A stretch of 64,000 bases of DNA from Chiloscyllium plagiosum (lineage: Eukaryota). Below the pieces are notes generated by a model. The model was given only the letters and a program-made list of their open reading frames with translations, was not told where the DNA came from and made no database searches. Shown here piece by piece: positions 49,138 through 61,040 of the stretch; the stretch's first letter is position 1; the number at the start of each line of letters is the position of its first letter. Position numbers and translations under genes: made by a program. The DNA is taken from assembly GCF_004010195.1 (NCBI RefSeq), contig NC_057719.1:92891946-92955945 (forward strand), given 5' to 3'.

Positions 49138-50365
49138 ATAGACAATAGACAATAGGTACAGGAGTAGGCCATTCTGCCCTTCGAGCCTGCACCACCATTC
49201 AATATGATCATGGCTGATTATCCTTAATCAGTATCCTGTTCCTGCCTTATCCCCATAACCCTTGATTCCACGATCCTTGAGAGCTCTATCCAACTCTTTC
49301 TTAAATGAATCCAGAGACTGGGCCGCCATTGCCCTCTGGGGCAATGCATTCCACACAGCCACCATTTTCTGGGTGAAGAAGTTTCTCGTCATCTCTGTCA
49401 CAAATGGTCTACCCGTATTTTAAGCTGTGTCCTCTGGTTCAGCACTCACCCATCAGCGGAAACATGTTTCCTGCCTCCAGAGTGTCCAATCCTTTAATAA
49501 TCTTATATATCTCAATCAGATCCCCTCTCAGTCTTCTAAACCCAAGGGTATACAAGCCCTGTCGCAACAGTCTTTCAGTGTAAGGTAGTCCCACCATTCT
49601 AGGAATTGACCTCGTGAACCTATGCTGCACTCCCTCAATAGCCAGAATGTCTTTCCTCAAATTTGGAGACCAGAACTGCACACAATATTCCAGGTGTGGT
49701 CTCACCAGGGCCCTGTACAGCTGCAGAAGAACCTCTTTGCTTCTATACTCAATCCCTCTTGTTATGAAGACCAACATGCGATTAGCCTTCTTCACTACCT
49801 GCTGTACCTGCATGCTTACCTTCATTGACTGGTGTACAAGAACACCCAGATCTCTTTATACTGCCCCTTTACCAAAATTGATTCCGTTTAGGTAGTAAAC
49901 TGCCTTCCTGTTCTTGCCACCAAAGCGGATAACCATACACTTATCCACATTAAACTGCATCTACCATGCATCTGACCACTCACCTAACTTGTCCAGGTGA
50001 CCCTGTAATCTCCTAATGTCCTCCTTACATTTCACCGTGCCACCCAGCTTAGTATCATCAGCAAATTTGCTAATGTTAGTACTAATACCATCTTCTATAT
50101 CATTAAGATATATTGTAAAAAGCTGCAGTCCCAGCACTGATCCCTGCGGTATCCACTGGTCACTGCCTGCCATTCAGAAATGGAGTCGTTTATCACTACT
50201 CTTTGTTTCCTGTCAGCCAACCAACTTTCAATCCAAGTTAGTACTTTGCCCCCAATACCATGCGCCCTAATTTTGCTCACTAGCCTCCTATGTGGTACTT
50301 TATCAAAAGTTTTCTGAAAGCCCAGGTACACTACACATACTGGATCTCCCTCGTCCATCTTCAAT
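49138..50365 (-). mobile_element. 5'-truncated CR1 (RT C-half to tail), antisense, just downstream of the GPCR stop
   Basis: FQKTFDKVPH, PQGSVLG, KFADDTK, RPHLEYCVQFW; atagacaatagacaatag tail. Confidence 0.93.
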
Positions 50366-50689
50366 GTTTCTCTCAATTCATGAGCCAGTGAGAAAAGACA
50401 TCATCCCACTGACTGTATCTATCACTTTAATTTGTAAACAATGAAAATATTCGTCAAAAAGTGCCAAGCAATGGAGTGAATGAAATCGATATTTGTCTTT
50501 TTGTTTAGAAAGCTGAGTTGAAGAAAGACAGACTCAGCCCCAAGTCCTGGTCCTCATTGAAGAGGAGCTGAGCTGAGGAGAATGGAGTTTCAGTCAATCT
50601 GTCTTTGCACTCACCTCTGGTTCACTCACGGTGGGGTCTATTGGGGTGGTGTGACAAAAGGGGAGTGTGTTGGAGAGAGAGCCTGGCGG

Positions 50690-52965
50690 TGGGTCAAGTG
50701 TTTGTCAGAGTGAGTGTGACGGTGGGTGTGTGTGTGGGAAGTGAACATGATGGTGAGGGAGTGAGCGTGATGGAAGTAGAGAAGAGCGAGAGAGCAGAAT
50801 GGTAGGTGAGTGAGCGGTGGAGTGAGTGTGACAATGAGGGAGTGTGTGGGTGGTGAAAATGATGGTAAGGGTGTGAGGGTGATGTTGAGTCAGTGTGCAA
50901 GGAAGTGAGGGTGATGGTGTGGGAGTGTGCAAAGGAGTAAGTGTGGCAGTGGGGGAGTGTGCAGGGAAATGAGCATGGCAGTAATGGAGTGCGCGAAGCA
51001 GTGAGTGTGATGATGGGGGAGTGTGCAGGGCAGTGCATGTGACAGTGGGGAAGTGTGCAGGGCATTGTGTGTAACAGTAGGGAGTGTACAGGGGAGTAAG
51101 TGTGACAATGGTGCAGTGTGCAGAGTTATGAGCGTGATCGTGGTGGAGTATGCAGGAGAGTGTGCATGACGGTGTGGGGTTGTGCAGAGGTGGGAACGTG
51201 AAAGTGAGGGACTGGGCTTGGGAGTGATTATGACGGTGGGAAAGTGAGCAGTGGAGTGAGCGTGAGTATGGGGGAATGTGAGTGTGAGGCAGTTATCGTG
51301 ACAGTGGTGGAGTGAGTATGAGGAATGAGTATGATATTGGGGGATTTAGCGGCACAGTGAGTGTGATGGTGGGGGAGTTTGTGGAGAATGGATATGCCAG
51401 TGAGTGAGTGAATTTGATGGTGGGATAGCATGAAGAGGAGTGAACATGATTGGCGTATTTATGGGGAAGCAAGCATTACGTTGATGGAATGAATGAGGGA
51501 GTGAACATGACGGTGGGTGAGTGAGCGTGATGGCGTGTGAGTGAACAAGCAAGTGAGTGTGATAGTGTGGGAGAGTGCAGAGGTGTGAAAACACGATGGG
51601 AGCACTGTGCGGGGAAGTGAGCATGATGGTCGGCGATTGAGCAAGCGTGTGAGCATGACTGTAGGGGGTTGTGCAGAATAGTGAAAGTGACAGTGGGAGA
51701 GTGTGTGCGAGAGTGAGCATGATTCTGAAGGAGTGATTGTGACGGGGCAGCATGATAGTGGTGGAGTGAGAGTGAGAGCGTTCAGGGTGAAAGTGAGGAA
51801 GTGGGTTTGAGGCCGCCTTGGTGATGGTGATGAACTGAGTGTGTGAGTGTCAGAGTTACAGTGACAGACTGAGTGTGTGGGGTCAAGGTGACAGTAACTG
51901 AGTGAGTGTGAGGCGTGTGAGGGTGACACTAACATTTGAGTGTGAGCTGTTCAGGATGAAAATGACAGCGTGAGGGGGAAGCTGTAAAATTATGGTGATG
52001 GAATGAGAATGGGGGTCAGGGTAATAGTGACGGAGTGAGACTGCGAGAGTCAGGGTGATGGTGATGGGTTAATGTGAGGATTTCAGTGTGATGCTAGTGG
52101 AGTGAGTGTGAGCTGTTCAGGGTGCAGCTGGCAGGGTGAGTGTGAGGATGTCAGGGTGGCGGAGATGGAATGAGTGTGAGGTTGTCAGGGTGACAGTAAT
52201 CGACAGAGTATCATGCAGTCAGAGGAACAGCGATGAAGCAAGGGTGGGAGTATCAGATTGATGGTAAAGGAGTGAGTGTGGGATTGACCATGTGATAGTA
52301 ATAGAGTGAGTTTGCTGGGGTCATGGTGTCAGTGAAGGGTTAAATGTGATGACTTCAGTGTGACATTAACTAGTGAGTGTGAGCTGTTCAGGGGACGGTT
52401 ACAGAGTATGTGAGGGGGTCAGGGGCTCAGGGTGACAGTGGGGGAGTAAGTGTGAGATCATCAGGGTGACAATAACGCAATGAGTGTGAGGGGTTAAGGG
52501 TGACAGTGACGGGGTAAGTGTCAAGACTCAGTGTGAGTCTGAGTGAGTGTGAGTTATTCTGGGAGACGGTGACAGGGTGAGTCTGAGGGAATCAGGGTGA
52601 AAGTGATGTGGTGAGTGTGAGGGGATCAGCGTAACAGTGATGGAGTGAGTGTGTGAGGGTCAAGGATGACAGTGTGAGTGCTTTAGGGTGACACTGACGC
52701 AGTGAGTGCATGGCGGTCAGGATAATGATGACAGAGTGACTTTAAGAGGTCATGGTAGCGGTGACGGACTGAGTGAGAGTGTGAAAGGGTTACGGTGACG
52801 GGGTGAGTGCGAGGGCTTCAGATTGATATTTTCAGAGTCAGTGTGAGTTGGTCAGCGTGACTGTGATGGATTGAGTGTGAGGAGGTCAGTGTTCCCTTGA
52901 CGGAGTGCGTGTGTGATGGTCAGGTTGACTGTGACAGGATGAATCTGATGGGATCAGGGTGACGG
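50690..52965. repeat. G-rich degenerate minisatellite: ~32-bp units (50690-~51800) shifting to ~34-bp units (~51800-52965)
   Basis: agtgtgcagg-like anchors at 50956, 50988, 51020 and 51052; gtcaggg anchors at 52150 and 52184. Confidence 0.85.
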
Positions 52966-55234
52966 GCAAAATAATTTCTCCACCAATGCAACTCACTATC
53001 TTTAAGACGATCACACACCTCCCTTCACAGCATAAGTGCTGTCCCTTCAAACTTCATTTGAGCTCAGAAATGTTGGCTTTCTCTCTCTGTGGATGCTGCT
53101 TATCCCGTTCTGATCTTCTGCATTGGTTGTTTTCAGTGTATACTGCATTGTGACTTCAAACAAAATTACCTTCTGTCACCATCACTATGTCAATAATATG
53201 CAACTATGTTCCTCACAGCACTGTGGGTGCCCCAACACCCATGGACTGTAAGCGTTCAAACAGGCAGCTCCCCTCTACTTTCTAATCAGCAGTTATGGTT
53301 GGGTAATAAATGCTGCAGAACCTGAAACAGTTACATCACATGAATGAATAAAATGTAACAGGAGTGATATTTCACTGTCATTGAGCATTTATAAAGGATA
53401 TTGCTGGGAAAATGTACGCAAAACAGTTAATATTGCTTATCTTTCAGAAGTGTCAATCCCGTTGTCTTTCAGAAGTGTCAATACAAAGCCGTTTCCCTCT
53501 TTTGTGCAATGAACTTGTGTTATTCTAGTGAAAGTGCAATGGCAGACTCATGTGAATAAATACTGTAACTGAATCATCATCGTAACTAAATTTTAAATCA
53601 CGTTAGATTTCGCTCTGAATTTAAGTTCTGCAGTATTATCATCACCTGCGTTCATGTTATTTGGAGAATGAGCAATGAGATCATTGAAACTTCAACGACG
53701 CTTATGGTATGGTATGATATGGTATTGAAGAAAACCCTTTTCTGTTGGGTCTAGGTCTAGGTCCAGGGAACATCATCTTAAAACAAGCGAAGATTGTTTG
53801 AGATGAGGGTAAGGATTACTTTTTCACTTAGAAAGAATTCTCTTTGGAATATCTGACCCAGAGGTTTGTGGAAGCTTGAGACTGTTCAGTCATAAAGCAG
53901 TAGACTTCTGGACGTGAATACTATAATGGGAATACTGCAGGAAAGAAGTGTCCAGCCATCTAATCGAATGCTGAAGTAGACTCAGAGTGAGTGGCTCACT
54001 CTTCTACAAGTCGAAAGGGTTCCCTATCTCCTCCATTCCCAAGTCCAACAACAAGCGAGGAGCTGATGGACTTTGTCACTTCGAGCGGGACCATCTTAGT
54101 AATTACCTCTCCTGTGTCCCTCCCATCTCCGAGTTCGCCAGGTCAAAAATCCCTGAGAAATCTTTGAACACTGAACTCATATCAATCTGAATGTCTCTCC
54201 TATCTCCATCATGTCCGATCAGTGCTCATCTTTTCCATTTGTCCAATGTCTTATTCCTTAAATCTGATTCTTAAGATGTCTTCCAGGGATCCATTTTTGT
54301 GTCCTTACATTTTTCAGCCACTCAGAAACATCATCGAAAAACAGTCCCAGATGAAAAATAAGCATCAACAGACAAATACCTGAGCATCAGGAAATGCCAC
54401 CTACCACACCAATGCCAGGGATTGTGGATCCAATAATGAAATATTTAATCAGTTCAGCAATTACAACACTGTGGTGGAGGGCGGGGGGAGGGGAATAAAG
54501 ACAACCTCAATTCCCAATGATATTTCACTGATGGATGCAGTTTCACAAAAGGCTTCATTATAAGCAAAAGATATGCAATCAGTACAGACTATTCAGGATG
54601 CAACCAATATACTCTTCCATCTAAAAGCACAAATTGTTTTCTACCGCATATTTTCTCATTATCCAAGATTGGAATGATAATCCATCTATCCTGTTTTGTT
54701 TCTCCAAAATCTCCCTCGGTGAAGGTGGTGTTTTTCAGGTTCAGCTTCGCCGTTGTTTAACATAAGAACTTAAACACTGAGAACATGACGGGGAAATTCA
54801 GCCCTTCAAGCATCCTCCACCATGATGATGACTGAATTCACCTCAAACTCAATTGGATTTTATTGTCTAGTCTCTCTCACCCTGTATTCCATACAAATTG
54901 AAAATCGGCATTCCTTCATTAGATTGATTCAGTCTGGCATCCAGATTGCACACAGAATTATAGAATCGTAGAGTTTGGGGAGGGAATCCCACAGATTGCC
55001 AATACTTCAAGTTAAGTATATTTCACGAGATTTATGGTTTTAATATGTTACCCCTTATTCATCTCCCACTCACATTTGGCTGAATCTATATTCCTTTAAT
55101 CATAAATCTGCTTATCTAACTGGGTATCTCTAAAATCCAATGATGGCTCACCACCCTCCACACTACACTTTTCACTTCACTTCCCAGAGACAAGACACCA
55201 GTGGTGTCATGAGGATACTGACTCCCACAATGTG

Positions 55235-55985
55235 AGGTAATTGCCTAGTTGCGTAATTGCTGGACTGTTAATCCAAAGACCCATGTAGTCTTCAGGTGAC
55301 CGGCTGTTGAATTCCTTCACGGCAGATGGCAGAATTTATATTCAATAAAAATTAAGAATGAAGACTTCCCATGTCCATACAACCATTGCTGGTCATCATG
55401 GAAAACCCATCCGTTTCGCTAATGTCCTGTAGGGAAAGAAAGAGTTGTCCTTGCCTGGTGTCGTGGAAACTTAACTGAATCGTCTCCGATGCAAGCAAGA
55501 GCAAAGAGAAAGCTTTATTAAAAATTGTACGCACAGCCAATGCTCTTGGCAGAAATGCCTCGTGTAAAGGTTTGGAACCAGTTTCACATATACTTCTCAT
55601 TCCATTCTCATCACCGGGTCAAGGCCAAGGGCTGGGAAAATTCGAGTCCTTGCTTTTCTTTTCCATTCCCTTACTGTGGACATAACTGTCTTTATATTTT
55701 CCTTAGCCCAATTCTGAAATCGACTGTTCACAAGGCCAATTTGGATGTTTACAAAGTTCCGCAGAGACAAGCTGACCCTCGATTACAGACTTCAGCAAAG
55801 TTGCAAAGTGTCAGAAAAGTTTTAAATTTAGTAAAGCATTATCTTTCAGATTTCAGAGTAAATGTTAATTTTCTTCATTTGCCATTACACCCGGTCCAGC
55901 CTATATATGACTCCAGACCGTCAGCAATGTGGTTGACTATAAACTGCCCTCTTGGTAATTAGGGATGGCAATATATGCTGATCCA
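55235..55985 (+). mobile_element. Old tRNA-headed SINE (central domain possibly Meta-type) split by the solo LTR; related copies at ~6815-7000 and ~32570-32730
   Basis: ctaatgtcctgtagggaaagaaa...ccttgcctgg|LTR|...tccagcctatatatgactccagacc is colinear with 6835-6900. Confidence 0.55.
55459..55889 (-). mobile_element. Solo LTR (431 bp) of the same ERV family as 18082-21009
   Basis: Same termini (tgtcgtgg...ccattaca on plus), AATAAA on minus at ~55515-55520, and flanks cctgg/cccgg (near-TSD). Confidence 0.9.
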
Positions 55986-57153
55986 GCGTTGGAGTAGCTG
56001 GGGTGTAACACAGTACACACTGCAAATGGTTGGAGAACGAAGGTCCTCTCTTTTCTAATTGGGAGACCAGGGGTGGGTTGTCAAAGTGTCACCACGCCCA
56101 CGCGGGTCCAAGTTGCAACCCCAAATTATTGTAATGTGGCATATTGATCAATGGGGATCAATGGAGGAAGGGAAGCTTTCACCCAGAATGAATGTCCTTC
56201 TTCTGCCCAGGATTTGTGAGCAAACTCCTTTCTTTTATCTGCAATTCATTTCATTGTTCTGTTACATTATTGTCTTTTTGCAATTGAATGGAAAGAAAGT
56301 GAACCCAGAAAGAGTGCAGAGACTGTCCAGGACAGGAATAGATAAGCATGGATCTGTTTATCAAGACCTGCAGGAGAATGGGCAGGATGTACATTAGGGA
56401 CAGTAGAGTCGGAAATGTGGGAGAGTGAGTGGGATGGAGGGTCATAATTCTCGGGGAGAGGAAATAGATATGCTAGAGCCACTAGAAATGTATGCTATGA
56501 GTACTGTCTTCTTTCTTAATTTCTTTTACAGAATACTAGAAGCTGTAGATTTGCAAACAAGAATATCAAATTCATGTGTACATATGGACTAAATTAACCA
56601 GGACTTGAGTAACCAAAGATGGATAAATATTTATTTGGTCTGTCGGCATCAAAGGTTTTAAACACCAATAAAATCTGAACAGCACTGGGGCAGACCATCC
56701 TATAACTAAATAAGTGTCTTCTAGTGAACTGGCAAGGAAACAACTTTTTACTAACAACACAGCCTCACAAAGCATTGCACAATTCATAGCAGGGATACAT
56801 CGTGCACGTATTCTGTGTGGGTGAGGCTTCTGCTGATTGTTGAATCTTTAGAGAAACAACAACACTCATAACATGGATAACTGTGAAAATTTGAGGTCTG
56901 TGGGATGGGATTCCATTTCCTATTAACACTTGCATTTTATGGCTGTGGTCACACCAGGGACAGGCTATTCACCTACTCTAAATGTGGGAAGTAATTCCCT
57001 GATTCATATGTCCTGCAAATATATCAGCATGATGCCACTGGAGAGAAGCTGTTCACCTGCTCTGAACGTGGGAAGAAATAAAGTGAATATTTCACCCTGT
57101 TTAGACACCAGCGAGCCCATATTGGGGAGAACGCATCTACTTGCTTAGTGTTT

Positions 57154-57856
57154 TGCTGTGAAGATGTATACCTTGAAGAGTTAAAAGTAGTAGACCTACC
57201 TGACCCAGCAGTAAGCGTACTCAAAAATGATAACAATGTAACATTGGGTCGAACCATTCAGTTAGCTCATTGCTTGGTGAAGAAAAAATCAACTTCGGCC
57301 AATCAGTTTAAATTATCCCCGAAAGAAATCAAACTCTAATCCAAATGTATTGAGAATATTGACAATCTTAAAAGCCATTGATATAATCGGATGCCCTAGA
57401 ATATAAGACCATGGAAAATTGAACAATTGACAGGAGAACTGCCCCGGCCCAGCATGTAAACAAACTGCTTGAACATAGCACTCTCTGAAACATTTCTTTT
57501 CGAGCAGTAAGCTGTAACACAGACATTCCTAACAAGGAGAAAAGAAGACCCAGGAAGATCCGAAGACAAGAACCTGCAGCTGCCTGGTTCTGAGATAAGT
57601 AGCATTGTTTTGTAAACTTTAATTGGAATTTTAATCAGACTGGTATTATACAAGGGAAGCTAAATGATAGGTTAGAGAAAAAAAATCTAAATAGTGGATA
57701 GTTAATTATTATCTGGTATAATTTAAGGAAAGTGTTGTTGATTTTTACTTTAAATCGTTTCTCCCACTCGAACTTCTGCAAATTACTGGACGGGGTAAAT
57801 GTTTCCTGCGTTACTGGCTTTAAATTAAGCACGAGGGTTTACCCCATGACGTAAAA
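57154..57856 (+). mobile_element. Solo LTR (~700 bp) with 4-bp TSD GTTT
   Basis: Starts tgctgtgaagat and ends cgtaaaa (likely decayed TGTTA...TAACA). GTTT at 57150-57153 and 57857-57860. The zinc-finger frame rejoins across the insertion as TCLVFGKF. Confidence 0.75.
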
Positions 57857-57934
57857 GTTTGGGAAATTTATTGATTCGAAAGGGACTTTTAAGAGATACA
57901 ATTTCAAGTGGTTTGTTCATTTTTCCCCAGTCTT

Positions 57935-58183
57935 ACATCCCACAGCATCTGATTGTGTCAGTGGTTTTTAACATTGTCAATATACTTAATTCAAACTTGA
58001 TTGGAGTTTATTATATTTCGTGTATAATCTAAACTGATTGGCCAAATTCAAATTTGCCTTTGTCTCCAAGCAACAAACTAATCGAGTGGTTTCATTGTTA
58101 TCATTTTTGAATACACATGGTGCTGTGTCTGTGACTTCTGCTGCTATTAACTCTCTGCATGGTATACCCATATCTTCATAACA
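57935..58183 (-). mobile_element. Partial second copy of the same LTR family in the opposite orientation
   Basis: Minus strand starts tgttatgaagatatgggtatacc and is homologous to ~57154-57400. Confidence 0.75.
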
Positions 58184-58679
58184 GTGTGGTAAGGTTTTGT
58201 ACTCAGTTATCAAGTCTCTGAACGTAGCAGCTAGTTCACATGGGGACAGGCAATTTAGCTCCTCTGATTGTGGAAAGGAATTCAGTCAGTCATCACATCT
58301 GTGGAAACATGAGCATATTCACACTGGGGAGCAACCATTCAAATGCTCCAAGTATGGGAAATTACTCAGATATTTATCTGGCCTGCCACAATTCTAGCAA
58401 GAACATGATGGGGAGAAAACATTCAACTGTTCACAGTGTGAGAACGGATTCACTCAGTCATCAAATCAGTGGAAACACGAGCAAATTCACAAGGGAATTC
58501 AAGAGTTGCATCTGCTGTTAATTAGCAGCAAAGCCTGTGTTGTTAGACAGCACCTTCTAAACGCACAATTTAATATGTAAATGTGAAGAAATGTACCCCG
58601 TGAAACGCGATGGCACTTTCCTGCACCATTCATTTAGCCTCTTATTTGTTTCTTTGCTTTTCTTATTTCTATGCCAAAT

Positions 58680-59180
58680 TAGATGTAGCTCGTGCAATAA
58701 CCCAGAGATTAATCTCCATGAAGTCATGTTCTGCAGTTTTGTTCGTAATTATTGATATTCCCTAAATAGAACCCCTTCTCTACTCTTGGTAAAATTGTTG
58801 GTCCCTCCATGGATGACCACAGCTAAATTCACGCTATCCGACTCCAACATCTTTCCAAGCCAGTTCAAGATTGATCTTACATTGGAATCAAGCAAACAAT
58901 GCATCATGCCTCCTGTCCCTGTCCCTGTCCCTGACCATGAGCACTGGCCAAATTTGAAGGAATAATCTGCTGTGTGTGATTCGCACCTGAAACAAAGCAT
59001 CCAGGTAATTATCCCTGTTCCCGAAGTGTTGCAGTGCGAAGCTCATACTCAGCTCATCAACTGAATCCGATTTCCTCAAGCAGCCACCACGAGCAACAGA
59101 TAGTTTCAGTATAAACCACGAAGGAGTCCACCAGCTTCCACATTATTGAAGGACTTGTCTGGCATTGCAACTCCAAATTA
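58680..59180 (-). mobile_element. Decayed CR1 ORF1 fragment
   Basis: AVVIHGGTNN esterase-block remnant in ORF 58749..59000. Confidence 0.55.
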
Positions 59181-59779
59181 TTAGGTTTAACATTGCATTT
59201 TTGCGTTTCATGCTGGACTTTAGTTTTTAATCTATGAAATATTTCTCCAATTTATGTCTTCAAATTATATATACTTACTAAGCAGCTTTACCCACGATGT
59301 CACTTTTTAACATTTTACCTGATCCCTTAGTCTCCTGCTGTGGTCACTCTTTCTCCCGCTCTCTTGATTCCCAGATAATTGAGTCGCTCTCAATCCTCAG
59401 ACTCAATGCATTTATTTCCTGTCTCGTCTGTTTAATGTCTGCTGGAGCATCTTACCCTTTATGACCTAAATTCCGAAAGACCTTACTTGAATATGAAAGA
59501 TCAGAAGTACTCACAGTGAGAGAAAAAACGAAAATGTTCAACTTCACCATCACTTACGAAACATCGGTAATACTTCAGTTCAACAAAGGAAAGTTATAAT
59601 GTAAGATGGAATAAATAGGAAGAATATTTCTTTCACCCAGGTATAGCAGAGTTCTGGAACTAACTGTTTAAATGTGCAGCAGAAGCAGAAAACCTCCGAA
59701 CATTAAAGAAGTAATCAACTGTGCACTTCCAACAACAAGTCATACGAACTCGGTCACGTGCTGGAAATTGAGTTTAGAG

Positions 59780-60310
59780 TCTCCACCCTTAAATCCTTAT
59801 TAAATAAAAATCTCCTCTTTAAAATCGCTCTTTGTGCCAGCATTCATCACACTGGATGACTGAGTTCCACAGATTCACCACCATTTAAAAGAAATAATTT
59901 ATCATTAACTCTGATTTAAATTTCCTCCCATTATCGTAAAACCATGACCTTATAGTTTGGATTGCCTGTCCAGGGAAAACATCATTTTTAGGTCTATTTT
60001 TTCATTCCCTTTCAAGATCTTACATATCTCATTTTGATCTTCTCTCAGTCTTGTAAACGCTGGAGAGTTTGGTCTAAATTACTCAATCTCTTTTCATAAG
60101 ATAAACACATCATCTCTGGAATGAATTTACTGAATCTCCTCTGAACTGCCCCCAATACAATTATTATCCCTCCTAAAGTAACAGGACCAAAATTGCATAC
60201 AATATTACATGCGTGGACTCACTAAAATCTTACATGGTTACAGCAACACTTATGTACGTTTGTGCACTATTACATTTCCAAAAAATGCTATTTAATTTCC
60301 ATATTACATG
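59780..60310 (-). mobile_element. Decayed CR1 3' fragment
   Basis: Reverse complement of the RPHLEYCVQFW region at ~60180-60230, plus 3' ORF2 motifs. Confidence 0.6.
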
Positions 60311-61022
60311 CCATATTCATATTTGTCTGTGTATGTATGGGGAACTGAGAGTTACAAGTTATAGAGTTTGCGATTTAATTTAACTGTTGACCTGCCCTCG
60401 AATCTGTCTATATGCAACAAATACGGATTTTTCTTCAGAAACCTGATCTCTCAGCTAGAGTATGAACATTCAGGTCGTTTGTGGGTTCTGCGTAATTCAT
60501 TTCATTCTTTACGTTTGCAACGACTGGGGATGTGGGCATCTGAGAGGTAGAACAAAATGGCAGAAAGATCTGCACAAAATGGTTTTTGCATTGCGAAGAT
60601 TCCATTGAAGCAGTCAGAAACAAGAAACTGCAGACTGATGAAGATCCAATAAAATACAATAGTAACGATTTAACCCTAACCACAAGGCAGGACATATACG
60701 GTTCTAAGAGCAGAGTGGTTTCAAGAATTAGTGAAAGGCAAAGGCCAATGTGCATTCGGCCCTCGGGAATCTGATCGATTGTTACTGTATGATCACGGCC
60801 CATATCCTGCTTTAGAGAAAGTACAAAGATGTCTTTGAATTAAGCTAGTGTGTGCAGCTCCTCCAAGGAATACAAAAATGCTCAACTTCTGTGTTTCCAT
60901 GCGCTCTGTATTTAGCTGTAGGAAGAAATAAAGAGTGACGTCTATAACAGGCAGACCAACTGTGAGTGCTTCTTGACCAATTGTACAACCAAGAGACCCC
61001 GATGGGGATTCAGATCTTCATC

Positions 61023-61040
61023 TGCTGCCGTGAATCAAAT
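61023..61040 (+). promoter_or_regulatory. Primer-binding site, tRNA-His-like
   Basis: TGCTGCCGTGAATCAAAT versus TGGTGCCGTGACTCGGAT (14/18), 2 nt after the LTR-terminal CA. Confidence 0.65.

Larger units (their letters stand above)
56531..58500 (+). pseudogene. Decayed C2H2 (Kruppel-type) zinc-finger gene exon interrupted by two LTR insertions
   Basis: ttttacag acceptor at 56530. GHTRDRLFTYSKCGK*F...TGEKLFTCSERGK...LFRHQRAHIGE; later [32 protein letters not shown]...GEKTFNCSQCENGFTQSS. Contains stops and lost Cys residues. Confidence 0.85.

Noticed and set aside
50605..51935. His/Thr-rich minus-strand ORFs resembling histidine-rich proteins
   Set aside because: Simple translation of the CA-rich strand of the minisatellite.
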